In this document: in pieces, positions 44,989 to 56,060 of the stretch
Layout: every line of letters starts with the position of its first letter
Position numbering within the stretch: the first letter of the stretch is position 1
From: Syntrophaceae bacterium
GTDB lineage: Bacteria > Desulfobacterota > Syntrophia > Syntrophales > Smithellaceae
Length of the DNA: 64,000 nt
NCBI GenBank assembly: GCA_009773315.1
Contig: WRPE01000011.1
Location: 132-64,131 of the forward strand
Direction: 5' to 3'
Notes under the pieces: model-generated
Database searches by the model: none
What the model was told of the DNA's origin: nothing
The model's input: only the letters and a program-made list of their open reading frames with translations
Made by a program: the position numbers and the translations under genes

Positions 44989-46971
44989 ATGGCGGCAGAC
45001 TCGAAAAAATGGCTGAAGTTCCGGCTGATCAGCCTTCTGGCAATTTTTTTGATTTTGTTTATTGCTTTATTGTCCCGCGCTTTTCAATTGCAGGTTTTAT
45101 CCGGCGAGAAATTAAAAAAGCTGGCTCAACGACAGCATATCACTACATTACCGATTCATTCCGAAAGAGGTATGATTTATGACCGTAACGGTGAGAAACT
45201 GGCCATGTCGGTATTGGCGGACTCCGTGTGCGCGGACCCGACCAAGATTACTGATCAGGCGAAAGTCTCCCGACAGATAGCGGCTATTCTGAATCTTGAT
45301 TCATCCGCCGTCTTCAAAAGAATTTCCGAACCGAAGAGTTTCTGCTGGTTGGCTAGAAAAATTTCTCAGCAGCAGGCGGCACAAGTGGAAGCTGCTGATA
45401 TTGAAGGTGTATTTCTGATCAAAGAGCCGAAACGGTTTTATCCGAACGGTCCGCTGGCGGCTCATTTAATCGGATTTTCCGGGTTTGACGCCGAGGGACT
45501 AGAAGGACTCGAAAAGAAATATGACGCGCATTTAAAAGGAACTCCGGAAAAACTGAGCTGGGCAAGAGATGCTAAAGGAAAAAAACTTTTCCTGCATGTT
45601 GAACGGAATACTTCTCCGAAAGGTGAGAGCGCCAATCTGGTTCTGACCATTGACAGCCGCATCCAGTATCTGGTGGAAACGCATCTGAAAGAAGCTGTGT
45701 TGGATAAAGGAGCAAAAGGCGGCATTGCGATCGTCATGGATCCGAAAACGGGGGAGATTCTAGCCATGGCCAATGAGAAAGGATTCAATCCAAATAACAT
45801 TAGGGGGTTGACGTCGGAGGACTGGCGAAACCGAGCGATTACAGACTCCTTCGATCCCGGTTCAACGTTTAAACCATTTTTGGTCGCCGGAGCCCTAGAA
45901 GAAAAAGTTGTCAAAGAATCAGACCGGTTTTATTGTGAGGATGGATATTATGCCGTTGCCAATCGGGTGATTCGGGAAGCCAATCGGAAGCGTCACGGCT
46001 ATCTGTCCGTACGGGATATTCTGAAGTACTCCAGCAATATCGGCTCCGCGAAAATCGCGGAAAAGCTCGGCAGAGAAAAGTTTTATTCCTATATTAAAAA
46101 TTTTGGTTTTGGATCGAAAACAGGAATTGATTTATCCGGTGAGGCTGCAGGCGTTTTAAGGCCTGTTAAGAATTGGACCAAAGTGGACACGGCAAACATC
46201 GGTTTCGGTCAGGGTATTTCGGTTACGGCCCTTCAGCTTATTTCCGCCATGTCGGCGATAGCCAATAACGGAATATTGATGAAACCCTATATTGTACGAG
46301 GGCTTACGGATAAAAATAACAATCCGATTAAGATGTATGCTCCGGAAATCTTACGCCAGGTCGTTTCTCCCGATACGGCAAAACGTATGACCGCCATGCT
46401 GACCGATGTGGTCGGCGCTGAGGACGGCACCGGCAAAAGAGCTCATATTATCAATGTGGAGGTTGCCGGCAAAACCGGCACCGCGCAGAAATTTGATTTT
46501 GCACGTGGCGTTTATTCATCAGAAAAGGTGCGCACCTCGTTTATCGGATTCTTCCCCTCCGATAATCCACAGGTGGTGATTTTGGTGATTCTCGATGAAC
46601 CGAAGCTTGACAAATGGGGCGGTGTGGCCGCCGCGCCGGTTTTTAAAAATATCGGCGATCAGATTCTCAATTGTTTCAAGACGAACATTCGGCAAACGCC
46701 GGTGTTCGAGCCTCAAAAGATAGACAATCTGCAATGGGTTGCAGCGGACAAATCCCTGGTTGAGGACTTGATGACAGATGAGATGGATGATGACTCGCGC
46801 ATGCCGGACTTTAAGGGCTTGACCATTCGGGAGGCATTGAAAATGGCGAAATCCAGATCGATTGAAGTACAGGTATCCGGAAGCGGCTGGGCTGTGAGCC
46901 AGTCCGCAGAGCCCGGATCAGTTTTAGGCGATGAACGATTGTGTAAAGTTGTATTTGCGATGAAAAACTGA
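44989..46971 (+). CDS. ftsI: Peptidoglycan D,D-transpeptidase FtsI (PBP3) with C-terminal PASTA-like domain
   Basis: TM anchor, SxxK (GSTFKP), SxN (YSSN), KTG (AGKTGTA). The C-terminal ...MPDFKGLTIREALKMA...VQVSGSGWAVSQSAEPG is PASTA-like. Confidence 0.9.
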   Translation: MAADSKKWLKFRLISLLAIFLILFIALLSRAFQLQVLSGEKLKKLAQRQHITTLPIHSERGMIYDRNGEKLAMSVLADSVCADPTKITDQAKVSRQIAAILNLDSSAVFKRISEPKSFCWLARKISQQQAAQVEAADIEGVFLIKEPKRFYPNGPLAAHLIGFSGFDAEGLEGLEKKYDAHLKGTPEKLSWARDAKGKKLFLHVERNTSPKGESANLVLTIDSRIQYLVETHLKEAVLDKGAKGGIAIVMDPKTGEILAMANEKGFNPNNIRGLTSEDWRNRAITDSFDPGSTFKPFLVAGALEEKVVKESDRFYCEDGYYAVANRVIREANRKRHGYLSVRDILKYSSNIGSAKIAEKLGREKFYSYIKNFGFGSKTGIDLSGEAAGVLRPVKNWTKVDTANIGFGQGISVTALQLISAMSAIANNGILMKPYIVRGLTDKNNNPIKMYAPEILRQVVSPDTAKRMTAMLTDVVGAEDGTGKRAHIINVEVAGKTGTAQKFDFARGVYSSEKVRTSFIGFFPSDNPQVVILVILDEPKLDKWGGVAAAPVFKNIGDQILNCFKTNIRQTPVFEPQKIDNLQWVAADKSLVEDLMTDEMDDDSRMPDFKGLTIREALKMAKSRSIEVQVSGSGWAVSQSAEPGSVLGDERLCKVVFAMKN

Positions 46972-46982
46972 GGGATGGAGGT

Positions 46983-49958
46983 ATGATGGAACTGCGGCAA
47001 TTACTCCAAGGCGTTAATATGATCGGGAATAAGGCAGATCAAACAGGCGACGTATCATCGGTCTGTTACGCCGCGGATCAGTGTCAACCAGGCTCGCTGT
47101 TTGTCGCGATTCCCGGACTGGCCCATGACGGCCATAACTTTATTAGTGAGGCCATTAAGCGCGGCGCGCGTTTTATTGTTCATCAAAAAGAAATTAACGT
47201 GCCTGACGGAATCATCGCCATCAACGTGTCCGATAGCCGCCGTGCGTTAGGACTGCTCGCGAAAAATTATTTCGGTGATCCGTCTTCCCGGGTGACCCTC
47301 ATCGGCATTACGGGAACCAGCGGGAAGACCACTGTGTCCTATCTGCTGGAATCTATCCTGACAACAGCCGGTTTTCGCTGCGGCGTTTTAGGGACGGTCA
47401 ATTACCGCTACAATGGCAAGATATTGCCGGCGCCGAACACCACGCCGGAATCTTACGAAATGCAAAAGATCCTCAGCGAGATGGTAAGCTCCGGCGTGAC
47501 ACATGTGATTGCCGAAGTTTCGTCTCATGCTTTAGATCTAAGACGAGTTGACGATTGCGATTTTGATCTGGGTATTTTCACCAATCTCAGTCCGGAGCAT
47601 TTGGATTACCATAAGAATATGGAAGATTATTTCCGGGCCAAAAAAAGATTTTTCACTGAGCTTTTACCGCAAAGCAAAAAAGTCGGTCCCACAAAAATGA
47701 TTATCAACGCCGACGGTCCTTGGGGGCAAAGACTCTTGCGTGAAGTGCAAACGCCTGCGCAGGCCTTTGGCATGGAAAAAAATAACGGGGTGACGGTTCA
47801 GCACGAGGAGATAACGCTGAAAGGGATCCGGGCTGAAATTCAGACAGGTGGACAAAAGATTGCCGTGACCTCAGGACTCATCGGTCGATTCAATCTGTCC
47901 AACATTCTGGCTGCCACCGCCGCCGCGTCTGTCCTCGGCGTTACGCCTTCCGCGATTGAGGCGGGGATTCAAAATTTATCATGTGTTCCAGGACGTCTGG
48001 AAAAAATTGATTCTTCCGCCGGTATTCATGTCTTTGTCGATTACGCCCACAAGCCGGATGCTTTAAAACAGGTGCTGCAAAATTTAAACAAACTGAAGCA
48101 AAAAAGAATATTGACCGTCTTTGGATGCGGTGGTAATCGCGACCGCTCCAAGAGACCCATGATGGGCGAGACGTCAACTCACTATAGCGATCTGACCATT
48201 GTCACCTCCGACAATCCGCGCCGCGAAGAGCCGCTTGCGATTATCGGCGAAATTGAGGCGGGGATCGATCAGGAAAAGATCAGAAAAGTGCCGCCGGAAC
48301 ATCTCGCATTTGCGGATGACGCTCACACCTATACGGTGATTGCCGACCGGAAGGCCGCTATTGTTGCCGCCATCCGTGTGGCCGAGCCGCAGGACATTGT
48401 CCTGATTGCCGGCAAAGGCCATGAAGATTATCAGATTCTGGGAACCAGCAAAGTTCCATTTGACGACCGCGTGATCGCAGCACAGGCCCTGCAAGAGAGA
48501 TTCCCGGCGATTACGGAGGTTGCTTCCCCCGTGTTTTCCCTGGCCGACGTGTTAACCGCAACCGGCGGTAGCCTGATTGCCGGAAAGAAGGAAACCAACA
48601 TTTACGGTGTTTCGACGGATTCCAGGAAAATTTATGAAGACAATCTTTTTATTGCTCTTCAGGGAGAGAACTTTGACGGCCATACTTTTGTGCAAAAGGT
48701 CGCAGATGACGGCGCGGCTTGCGTCATCGTTTCCGATGTTCGCAAAATCGATCCCGAAAAGATAAAGCCTTGCGTCGGCATTATTGAAGTAAAAGATACC
48801 CTTCGGGCGATGGGTGATCTGGCGCATGCTCACCGCCAGCGTTTTTCCATTCCCGTGATCGGGCTGACCGGTTCTTCGGGCAAGACGACCACCAAGGAAA
48901 TGCTTTCCTGCATTCTAGAGCAGGAAAGAAAAGTTCTCAAGACCCAAGAGAATTTCAATAATCTGATTGGATTGCCGCAAACCATCTTCCGCATGACTGA
49001 TCAGCACGAAATCGTTGTCCTGGAAATGGGAACCAACGCACGCGGCGAAATCAAAAGGCTGACGCAAATTGCCGCGCCGGACATCGGGCTCATCACCAAT
49101 GTCGGTCCGGCGCATCTGGCGGGATTAGGTTCGGTTGATATTGTGCGCGAGGAAAAAGGCGATTTATTTTTTAATATGATTCCGTCAGGCATTGCGGTTG
49201 TTAATCTTGATGACGAGGCAGTTTGTAAAGTATCCGAACGATGGTTCGGACGTCGCGTCACGTTTAGCATGAGCGCTGCCGCTGATGTTGGTGTGAACGA
49301 TATCAGAAAAAATGGTGCCCGAGGAACGAGCTTCAATCTGCTTATAGGTGGCCGTGCGCATAAGGTGGACATGAAAGTTGCCGGCATTCACAATATCTAT
49401 AACGCGATAGCTGCCGCAGCGACGGCCGTCGCCTGCGGCATCAGTTTCGAATCGATTCGGCGGGGCTTGACTTTGTTTCATGCGGTGGGTGGACGCATGG
49501 AGATCATCAAACTGCAAAACGGCGCGTATTTGATCAATGATGCTTACAATGCCAATCCCGCGTCCGTGCGTGAAGCCCTGCTGACCCTGAAGGATTTAAA
49601 GAATGCGCACAACGCATTCGTGTTTTTAGGCGATATGCTGGAGTTGGGCGAGGCCGCACCGGAGATGCATCGCAGGGTCGGGATGCTGCTCGCAACCATT
49701 GGGGTGACGGCTGTTTTTCTTCAGGGAGATTTTGCCGACGTGACGGCGGCGGGCGCACTGGAAGGTGGATTGCCCCAGGAGTGGATTATGTATTTGAATG
49801 ACGTGGAAGAAACGATCGCTTTTTTAAAAAGGCAGTTACGCAAAGACGATTGGATTTTAGTCAAAGGATCCCGCCGGATGAAGATGGATAGAATTGTGGC
49901 GAGGATCTGCGAGGGTTTCGGCGCTGAGAAAACAGAAGGCAAGACGGCGGTGCATTAA
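46983..49958 (+). CDS. murE/murF: Fused MurE-MurF: UDP-MurNAc-L-Ala-D-Glu--2,6-diaminopimelate ligase joined to UDP-MurNAc-tripeptide--D-Ala-D-Ala ligase (991 aa)
   Basis: N-terminal half has [18 protein letters not shown] (DAP-specific DNPR motif) and GKGHEDYQ. C-terminal half has STDSRKI...[27 protein letters not shown] and [15 protein letters not shown]. It is a single uninterrupted frame with the junction near 48480-48540. Confidence 0.9.
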   Translation: MMELRQLLQGVNMIGNKADQTGDVSSVCYAADQCQPGSLFVAIPGLAHDGHNFISEAIKRGARFIVHQKEINVPDGIIAINVSDSRRALGLLAKNYFGDPSSRVTLIGITGTSGKTTVSYLLESILTTAGFRCGVLGTVNYRYNGKILPAPNTTPESYEMQKILSEMVSSGVTHVIAEVSSHALDLRRVDDCDFDLGIFTNLSPEHLDYHKNMEDYFRAKKRFFTELLPQSKKVGPTKMIINADGPWGQRLLREVQTPAQAFGMEKNNGVTVQHEEITLKGIRAEIQTGGQKIAVTSGLIGRFNLSNILAATAAASVLGVTPSAIEAGIQNLSCVPGRLEKIDSSAGIHVFVDYAHKPDALKQVLQNLNKLKQKRILTVFGCGGNRDRSKRPMMGETSTHYSDLTIVTSDNPRREEPLAIIGEIEAGIDQEKIRKVPPEHLAFADDAHTYTVIADRKAAIVAAIRVAEPQDIVLIAGKGHEDYQILGTSKVPFDDRVIAAQALQERFPAITEVASPVFSLADVLTATGGSLIAGKKETNIYGVSTDSRKIYEDNLFIALQGENFDGHTFVQKVADDGAACVIVSDVRKIDPEKIKPCVGIIEVKDTLRAMGDLAHAHRQRFSIPVIGLTGSSGKTTTKEMLSCILEQERKVLKTQENFNNLIGLPQTIFRMTDQHEIVVLEMGTNARGEIKRLTQIAAPDIGLITNVGPAHLAGLGSVDIVREEKGDLFFNMIPSGIAVVNLDDEAVCKVSERWFGRRVTFSMSAAADVGVNDIRKNGARGTSFNLLIGGRAHKVDMKVAGIHNIYNAIAAAATAVACGISFESIRRGLTLFHAVGGRMEIIKLQNGAYLINDAYNANPASVREALLTLKDLKNAHNAFVFLGDMLELGEAAPEMHRRVGMLLATIGVTAVFLQGDFADVTAAGALEGGLPQEWIMYLNDVEETIAFLKRQLRKDDWILVKGSRRMKMDRIVARICEGFGAEKTEGKTAVH

Positions 49959-49972
49959 GGGGGAGACCAAAA

Positions 49973-51052
49973 GTGATTTACGAATTTTTATATCCTTTGC
50001 ATACGATGTTTTCATCCTTCAACGTGTTTCGTTATATCACGTTTCGGACGATTTTCGCTTCGATCACGGCATTGCTGATTTGTCTGATCTTGGGACGCTG
50101 GCTTATTCGCAAACTGCAAAGCCTGCAAATTGATCAGCAGATACGTGAAGACGGACCGAAAACTCACCTGGTGAAAAAAGGAACGCCCACCATGGGGGGT
50201 ATCCTCATCATCTTTGCGGTGGTTATCTCCACACTGTTGTGGGCCAATCTTGCTGTTGGTTATATCTGGCTGGTTCTGCTGGTGACGGTCGGGTTTGGTT
50301 TAATCGGCTTTTTGGATGATTATCGGAAACTGGCCGGTAAAAGCTCCCACGGCGTCTCCGGGAAAACACGGCTCGCTGCGGAAATTATGATCGCCTTGTT
50401 TGTCGGCGTTATTTTATATTTCAAACCGGGATTTAACTCGCAGGTGACAATTCCCTTTTTTAAGACCGTTTTACCCAATCTGGGCTGGGGATACATTCTG
50501 CTTTGCGTTTTTATTATCGTCGGCGCGGCCAATGCCGTGAATCTGACGGACGGCCTCGACGGTCTGGCGACCGGCCCCGCAGGCATCTGTTTTGCGACCT
50601 ATATACTGTTTGCCTATTTTGTCGGTAACGTGAAAGTGGCGCAGTATCTGCAAATTCCTTATGTCCCCGGCGCCGGAGAGTTGTCCGTGTTCTGCGGAGC
50701 ATTGATGGGCGCAGCGCTTGGCTTTCTGTGGTTTAATGCCTATCCGGCGGAAATGTTCATGGGTGATGTCGGATCGCTGTCGATGGGCGGAGCCTTGGGA
50801 ACGGTAGCCATCATCACCAAACAGGAAATTTTACTGGCGATTGTCGGTGGTGTTTTTGTAATGGAAACTTTTTCCGTCATTTTTCAGGTCGGTTATTTCA
50901 AACTGACGGGCGGCAAACGAATTTTCCGGATGGCGCCGATCCATCATCATTTTGAACTCAAGGGTTGGGCGGAACCGAAGGTGATTGTCCGATTCTGGAT
51001 CATTTCGATACTGCTGGCGCTTTTGGCGATCAGCACCTTAAAACTGCGTTAG
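49973..51052 (+). CDS. mraY: Phospho-N-acetylmuramoyl-pentapeptide transferase MraY
   Basis: [22 protein letters not shown] and [10 protein letters not shown] motifs in a 10-TM protein. Confidence 0.97.
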   Translation: MIYEFLYPLHTMFSSFNVFRYITFRTIFASITALLICLILGRWLIRKLQSLQIDQQIREDGPKTHLVKKGTPTMGGILIIFAVVISTLLWANLAVGYIWLVLLVTVGFGLIGFLDDYRKLAGKSSHGVSGKTRLAAEIMIALFVGVILYFKPGFNSQVTIPFFKTVLPNLGWGYILLCVFIIVGAANAVNLTDGLDGLATGPAGICFATYILFAYFVGNVKVAQYLQIPYVPGAGELSVFCGALMGAALGFLWFNAYPAEMFMGDVGSLSMGGALGTVAIITKQEILLAIVGGVFVMETFSVIFQVGYFKLTGGKRIFRMAPIHHHFELKGWAEPKVIVRFWIISILLALLAISTLKLR

Positions 51053-51059
51053 AGGAACC

Positions 51060-52403
51060 ATGGAATTTACAGGAAAGAAAATAGTTGTTGTCGGCATGGG
51101 TAAAACGGGCGTTGCGACCGCGGCGTTTCTTGGTGGTCTCGGCGCGACCGTTGTAGCCGTCGATGAAAAACCGCAGCGCCAGTGGGGAGAAGCGTTTGAA
51201 CAGCTAGTCGGTCAACCGTGGCTTACCGTCGGCAGCTATGACGTGACGGCGCTCGACGGCGTTGATCTGGTGGTGCCTTCGCCGGGGATTCCCCCATACA
51301 ATGATATTTTAGCGGCCGCGCAAAAAAGAAATATTCCGATTATCAGTGAGATTGAATTGGCCTATCGTTTTATCAAAGTTCCAATCATTGCTGTGACGGG
51401 CACCAATGGTAAAACTACCACAACCACCCTGCTGGGCAAGATTCTGGCCCATGCCGGGAAGAAAGTATTTGTCGGTGGGAACATCGGCAATCCTTTAATT
51501 GAATATGCCGGATCCCCGCAGACCGATGATTTCATTGTCGCGGAAATCAGCAGTTTTCAACTTCAGTGGACAGAAACATTCCGTCCGCATGCCGCCATGC
51601 TGCTCAATATTACCTGCGATCATGTTAATTATCACGGATCGTTTGAAGAGTACCGGCGTGTCAAGGCTAGTATCTTTGAACATCAACAGGAAAGCGATCT
51701 GGCGATTCTGAATGCTGAAGATGAAACACAGGAAGGACTGGCCGTGTCGAGTCGGGGGCAGGTGGTCCGGTTCAGTTCACGTCGATCGCTTCGTCCGGGA
51801 ATATCCTTACAGAATGATGCGATCGTTTACAGCAAACCGGATGGTACTGAAGAGCGTTATCCTTTGAGCATGATTTCTCTTCCCGGTTTGCATAACGTGG
51901 AAAACGTCATGGCGGCTGTGGTGGCGGCGCGTTTCTGCGGCTGTTCATCGGAGAGTATTATTGAGGCCGTATCCCTTTTTCGCGGCTTGCCGCATCGCAT
52001 CGAATTTGTCGGAGAAAAGAATTCGGTTAAATTTTACGATGATTCCAAGGGAACCAATGTGGATGCTGTCCTCCGCGCGCTTCAGACCTTCTCCACGCCG
52101 GTCATTTTGCTTTTGGGCGGACGGGATAAAGATGGAAATTTTGACGCGCTGCAATCGCTTTTGCCATCAAAAACAAAACAGGTCGTCTTGTTTGGCGAGG
52201 CGCGCGACAGCATTTTGCCGCAGTTGGGCAATATGGCGCCGATGAGCAAAGAGCCGACGCTCAAGGCGGCCGTCGAACATGCTTATCGCGACGCTTTGCC
52301 CGGAGATATTGTGCTGTTGTCGCCGGGATGCGCGAGTTTTGATGAGTTTGCCAATTATAAGGAACGGGGAAATTACTTTAAGGAAGTGGTCAGGAATCTA
52401 TAA
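51060..52403 (+). CDS. murD: UDP-N-acetylmuramoylalanine--D-glutamate ligase MurD
   Basis: GMGKTGVA N-terminus, VTGTNGKTTTTT P-loop and DDSKGTN motif. Confidence 0.95.
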   Translation: MEFTGKKIVVVGMGKTGVATAAFLGGLGATVVAVDEKPQRQWGEAFEQLVGQPWLTVGSYDVTALDGVDLVVPSPGIPPYNDILAAAQKRNIPIISEIELAYRFIKVPIIAVTGTNGKTTTTTLLGKILAHAGKKVFVGGNIGNPLIEYAGSPQTDDFIVAEISSFQLQWTETFRPHAAMLLNITCDHVNYHGSFEEYRRVKASIFEHQQESDLAILNAEDETQEGLAVSSRGQVVRFSSRRSLRPGISLQNDAIVYSKPDGTEERYPLSMISLPGLHNVENVMAAVVAARFCGCSSESIIEAVSLFRGLPHRIEFVGEKNSVKFYDDSKGTNVDAVLRALQTFSTPVILLLGGRDKDGNFDALQSLLPSKTKQVVLFGEARDSILPQLGNMAPMSKEPTLKAAVEHAYRDALPGDIVLLSPGCASFDEFANYKERGNYFKEVVRNL

Positions 52404-53513
52404 ATGGAAGCTGTTGTAAAAAAAGAAACCAACACACCGGATATAATATTGCTGCTGGTCACCTTGATTCTGGTGACGGTAGGCACCGCGATGATTTATT
52501 CGTCGAGTTCCATCCTGGCTCTGGAAAAGTTCAAAGACGGACAATTTTTTCTTAAGAAACATTTGTTTTTTGTTTTTGTCGGTCTGATCATCATGATCGC
52601 GATGACCAAGATTCCTTACGAACAATTGAAGAAAGTGGCTTATCCCGGCGTGATTGTCTCCGTTGTTTTACTGCTGCTGCTTTTCATTCCGTATGTCGGC
52701 ATCAGAAAGGGCGGCGCGACCCGCTGGCTCAATATGGGCGTGTTTTCGTTTCAGGTGACTGAACTGGTCAAGGTGGCGATGGTGATTTTTCTGGCGCATC
52801 TTCTGACACGAAAGGTGCACCATCTGAAGAAATTCAGCCGGGGTGTTTTGATTCCCTTGTCGGTGACAACGGTCATCATGGGTTTAATCATACTCCAGCC
52901 GGATTTCGGCACAGTCGTCATTATCATGTCGATTCTGCTTTTGATGCTGTCGCTGGCCGGTTCCCGGATCACCCATTTGATGTTTCTCGGCGCGGCCTTT
53001 ATCCCCGTAGGAATCTGGCTGATCATGCACAAGGGTTACCGAATGGCGCGCCTGACGGCTTTTCTGGATCCATGGAAAGACGCGGACAATACAGGCTTTC
53101 AGCTCATCCAGTCCTTGATTTCCTTCGGATCGGGCGGTGTGACGGGCCAGGGCATTGGCGACGGCATGCAAAAATTATTTTATCTGCCGGAACCGCACAC
53201 GGATTTTATTCTGGCGGTCATCGCGGAGGAAAGCGGTTTTATCGGCGTGACGGTCGTTATTGTTATGTTTATTTTCTTCCTCTTGCGCGGCTTTATGATT
53301 GCCTTTCGTGCACCGGATCTTTTCGGAACATTGCTGGCCGCAGGCCTTACGATGCTGATTACCATGCAGGCATTCATTAATATCGCGGGTGTGATGGGAT
53401 TGATCCCGCTGAAAGGGTTGGCGCTGCCTTTCTTAAGTTACGGCGGCACGTCGTTTGTCATGAGTATGCTGGTGGTGGGGATCTTGTTGAATATTTCCAC
53501 GCAGCGGACCTAA
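52404..53513 (+). CDS. ftsW: SEDS-family peptidoglycan polymerase FtsW
   Basis: Polytopic FtsW/RodA-family protein (...FQLIQSLISFGSGGVTGQGIG...LPEPHTDFI...LPFLSYGGTS). dcw position fits. Confidence 0.9.
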   Translation: MEAVVKKETNTPDIILLLVTLILVTVGTAMIYSSSSILALEKFKDGQFFLKKHLFFVFVGLIIMIAMTKIPYEQLKKVAYPGVIVSVVLLLLLFIPYVGIRKGGATRWLNMGVFSFQVTELVKVAMVIFLAHLLTRKVHHLKKFSRGVLIPLSVTTVIMGLIILQPDFGTVVIIMSILLLMLSLAGSRITHLMFLGAAFIPVGIWLIMHKGYRMARLTAFLDPWKDADNTGFQLIQSLISFGSGGVTGQGIGDGMQKLFYLPEPHTDFILAVIAEESGFIGVTVVIVMFIFFLLRGFMIAFRAPDLFGTLLAAGLTMLITMQAFINIAGVMGLIPLKGLALPFLSYGGTSFVMSMLVVGILLNISTQRT

Positions 53514-53533
53514 GCGGCGAAAGGATAAAAACC

Positions 53534-54646
53534 ATGCGCATCGTCATCGCGGGAGGAGGAACAGGCGGTCATTTGTTTCCCGGCATTGCCGTTGCGGAGG
53601 AGTTTTTAAAACGCGATCCTCAAAGCCGTGTGCTTTTTATCGGCACAAAAAAAGGGATTGAACACAGACTGCTTAATCAATTGGGTTATACGCTTTCGGA
53701 AATTGATGTGGAAGGTTTGAAAGGAAGAGGTTTAACGGTGTTGATGAAAAGCTTGTGGGCGATACCGAACAGCACGTGGCAGTCCGGACGAATCCTTAGG
53801 GACTTTCAGCCGAACGTCGTTATCGGGGTCGGCGGCTACGCTTCCGGTCCCGCCGTAATGGCCGCGTATCTGATGGGTATTCCCACCGCTATCGCCGAAC
53901 AAAATGCCCGGGCGGGAAATACCAACCGCATTTTAGGGAAATTTGTTCAAAAAATATTTCTGACCTATGAGCAAAGTAAAAACCTGTTTGCGACCCAAAA
54001 AGTTTCCGTTACGGGCAATCCGGTTCGGGCGGCGATAGCCCACGGTCTGAGTCGGACAAAAGGAAAGAAGGCAGGTCGACAGATTCTTATTTTCGGCGGA
54101 TCGCAGGGAGCGACGGCCATTAATAAAACGGTGTTGGCCATGTTGCCGCTGGTGCAGAAAATGAAAAATAGAGTCAGCGTTGTCCATCAGACAGGTGAGC
54201 GTGATCTGGCGATGGCGAAGCAGGCTTATAAACAGTATGCCATCGAGGCTCAGGTCAGTTCGTTTATTGTGGATATGGTTCCCGCCTATGCGGCCTCCGA
54301 TCTGATCATTTGCCGCGCCGGCGCAACGTCCCTTTCGGAAATTACGGTAGCGGGAAAAGCCTCCATTCTGATTCCCTTTCCATGGGCGGCTAATGATCAT
54401 CAAACTCTGAACGCGCAGGCGATGGTCGAAGCCGGCGCCGCAGCAATGATTCGGGAAAGCGAACTCACCGCTGAAAAACTATTTTCGCTTGTGGAGACCT
54501 TACTGGGAGACGATCAAAAATTACGGGACATGGAAGTCAAATCAAAAAAGTTGGGCAGGCCCGATGCCGCCGCAAGAATTGTCGACGCCTGCCAGCAATT
54601 GGTACTGAAGAATAAGCAGGAAAGTAAAAAACGAGGAAAAAATTAA
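53534..54646 (+). CDS. murG: UDP-GlcNAc--undecaprenyl-PP-MurNAc-pentapeptide GlcNAc transferase MurG
   Basis: Starts MRIVIAGGGTGGHLFPGIAVAEE and contains FGGSQGA and CRAGATSLSE. Confidence 0.96.
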   Translation: MRIVIAGGGTGGHLFPGIAVAEEFLKRDPQSRVLFIGTKKGIEHRLLNQLGYTLSEIDVEGLKGRGLTVLMKSLWAIPNSTWQSGRILRDFQPNVVIGVGGYASGPAVMAAYLMGIPTAIAEQNARAGNTNRILGKFVQKIFLTYEQSKNLFATQKVSVTGNPVRAAIAHGLSRTKGKKAGRQILIFGGSQGATAINKTVLAMLPLVQKMKNRVSVVHQTGERDLAMAKQAYKQYAIEAQVSSFIVDMVPAYAASDLIICRAGATSLSEITVAGKASILIPFPWAANDHQTLNAQAMVEAGAAAMIRESELTAEKLFSLVETLLGDDQKLRDMEVKSKKLGRPDAAARIVDACQQLVLKNKQESKKRGKN

Positions 54647-54647
54647 A

Positions 54648-56060
54648 ATGGGAAAAGATCGAGAAACCGGATTTATGCAGCGCAAAGTCAAGCGCATCCA
54701 TTTTGTCGGCATCGGCGGCATCGGCATGAGCGGCATCGCTGAAGTGCTGCTGAATCTCGGTTACGGCATCAGCGGTTCGGACGTTCAGATCAACGATACG
54801 ACGCTGCGCCTGCAACGGCTGGGCGCCCAGGTGGCGCACGGGCACGCGGCGGAAAATATAGGCAGCGCGGATGTGGTGGTGACGTCCACCGCCGTGAAGA
54901 CGGACAATCCGGAGGTGATTGAAGCGCATTGTAAAAATATTCCGGTGATTCCTCGCGCGGAAATGCTGGCGGAACTTCTGAAAATGAAATTTTCCGTCGC
55001 CGTTTCCGGCAGCCACGGCAAAACGACCACGACCTCCATGGTCTCGACCATTTTGGCTGAGGGCGGTCTGGATCCCACCATGGTGATCGGCGGTAAATTG
55101 GCAAGCATCGGATCCAACGCCCGGCTGGGCGACGGCGATATCATTGTTGCGGAAGCGGACGAAAGTGACGGCTCGTTTTTGAAGTTGTCGCCTACCATTG
55201 CCGTCGTTACCAATATCGACCGCGAACATCTGGATTATTATCCGGGCATTGAAGAAATTAAGGCGGCCTTTTTAAAGTTTGCCAATATTGTTCCTTTCTA
55301 TGGCTGCGTCGTGCTGTGCAATGACAATGAGCATGTGCGCGAAATTGCCGGATCGATCAAGCGCCGTGTCATTACTTATGGGATCGAGCAGCCCGCGGAT
55401 TATTGCGCCCGCGATATCCGATTTTTAGAAACGAAGACGCTATATCAACTGTCTTATCGAGGAGAAAGTCTGGGTGACGTTGAGTTGATCGTGCCCGGTC
55501 TTTTCAATGTCTACAACTCGATGGCGGCCGTGGCCGTGGGACGCGAGCTGGGGCTGGATACAGCTACCATCCGCAAAGGTCTCTCCGCTTTTTCCGGTGT
55601 GCAGCGCCGTCTGGAGATGAAGGGCACGGCAGGCGGGATCACGGTCGTGGATGATTACGGACATCACCCGACGGAAATTGTGGCGACGCTTAGCGCGGCC
55701 AGGCAAATGTGGAAGGGCCGGCTGATTGTGGTTTTCCAGCCGCACCGCTATACGCGCACCAGGGCGCTCTTTGATGAATTCACCCGGTCGTTTGGCGACG
55801 CGGATGTGTTGGTGCTCAACGACATTTATCCCGCATCGGAAGCGCCGATACCCGGCATTAATTCCGCAGCCCTCTGGGCGGCGATTAAGGAAAGTGGCCA
55901 CCCGCGTGTGGAATATATCGGTCAGGCGCAAAACACACTCGACTTTCTGCAGGCGATTGCAGAACCCGGTGATGCGGTCATCACGCTGGGCGCAGGCAGT
56001 GTGTATAAGATCGGCGAGGCGTTTCTGGAGCAACTGGAAAAAAAGGGAGAGAAGAGATAA
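54648..56060 (+). CDS. murC: UDP-N-acetylmuramate--L-alanine ligase MurC
   Basis: IHFVGIGGIGMSGIA and VSGSHGKTTTTSM P-loop, plus DDYGHHPTE. Confidence 0.96.
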   Translation: MGKDRETGFMQRKVKRIHFVGIGGIGMSGIAEVLLNLGYGISGSDVQINDTTLRLQRLGAQVAHGHAAENIGSADVVVTSTAVKTDNPEVIEAHCKNIPVIPRAEMLAELLKMKFSVAVSGSHGKTTTTSMVSTILAEGGLDPTMVIGGKLASIGSNARLGDGDIIVAEADESDGSFLKLSPTIAVVTNIDREHLDYYPGIEEIKAAFLKFANIVPFYGCVVLCNDNEHVREIAGSIKRRVITYGIEQPADYCARDIRFLETKTLYQLSYRGESLGDVELIVPGLFNVYNSMAAVAVGRELGLDTATIRKGLSAFSGVQRRLEMKGTAGGITVVDDYGHHPTEIVATLSAARQMWKGRLIVVFQPHRYTRTRALFDEFTRSFGDADVLVLNDIYPASEAPIPGINSAALWAAIKESGHPRVEYIGQAQNTLDFLQAIAEPGDAVITLGAGSVYKIGEAFLEQLEKKGEKR

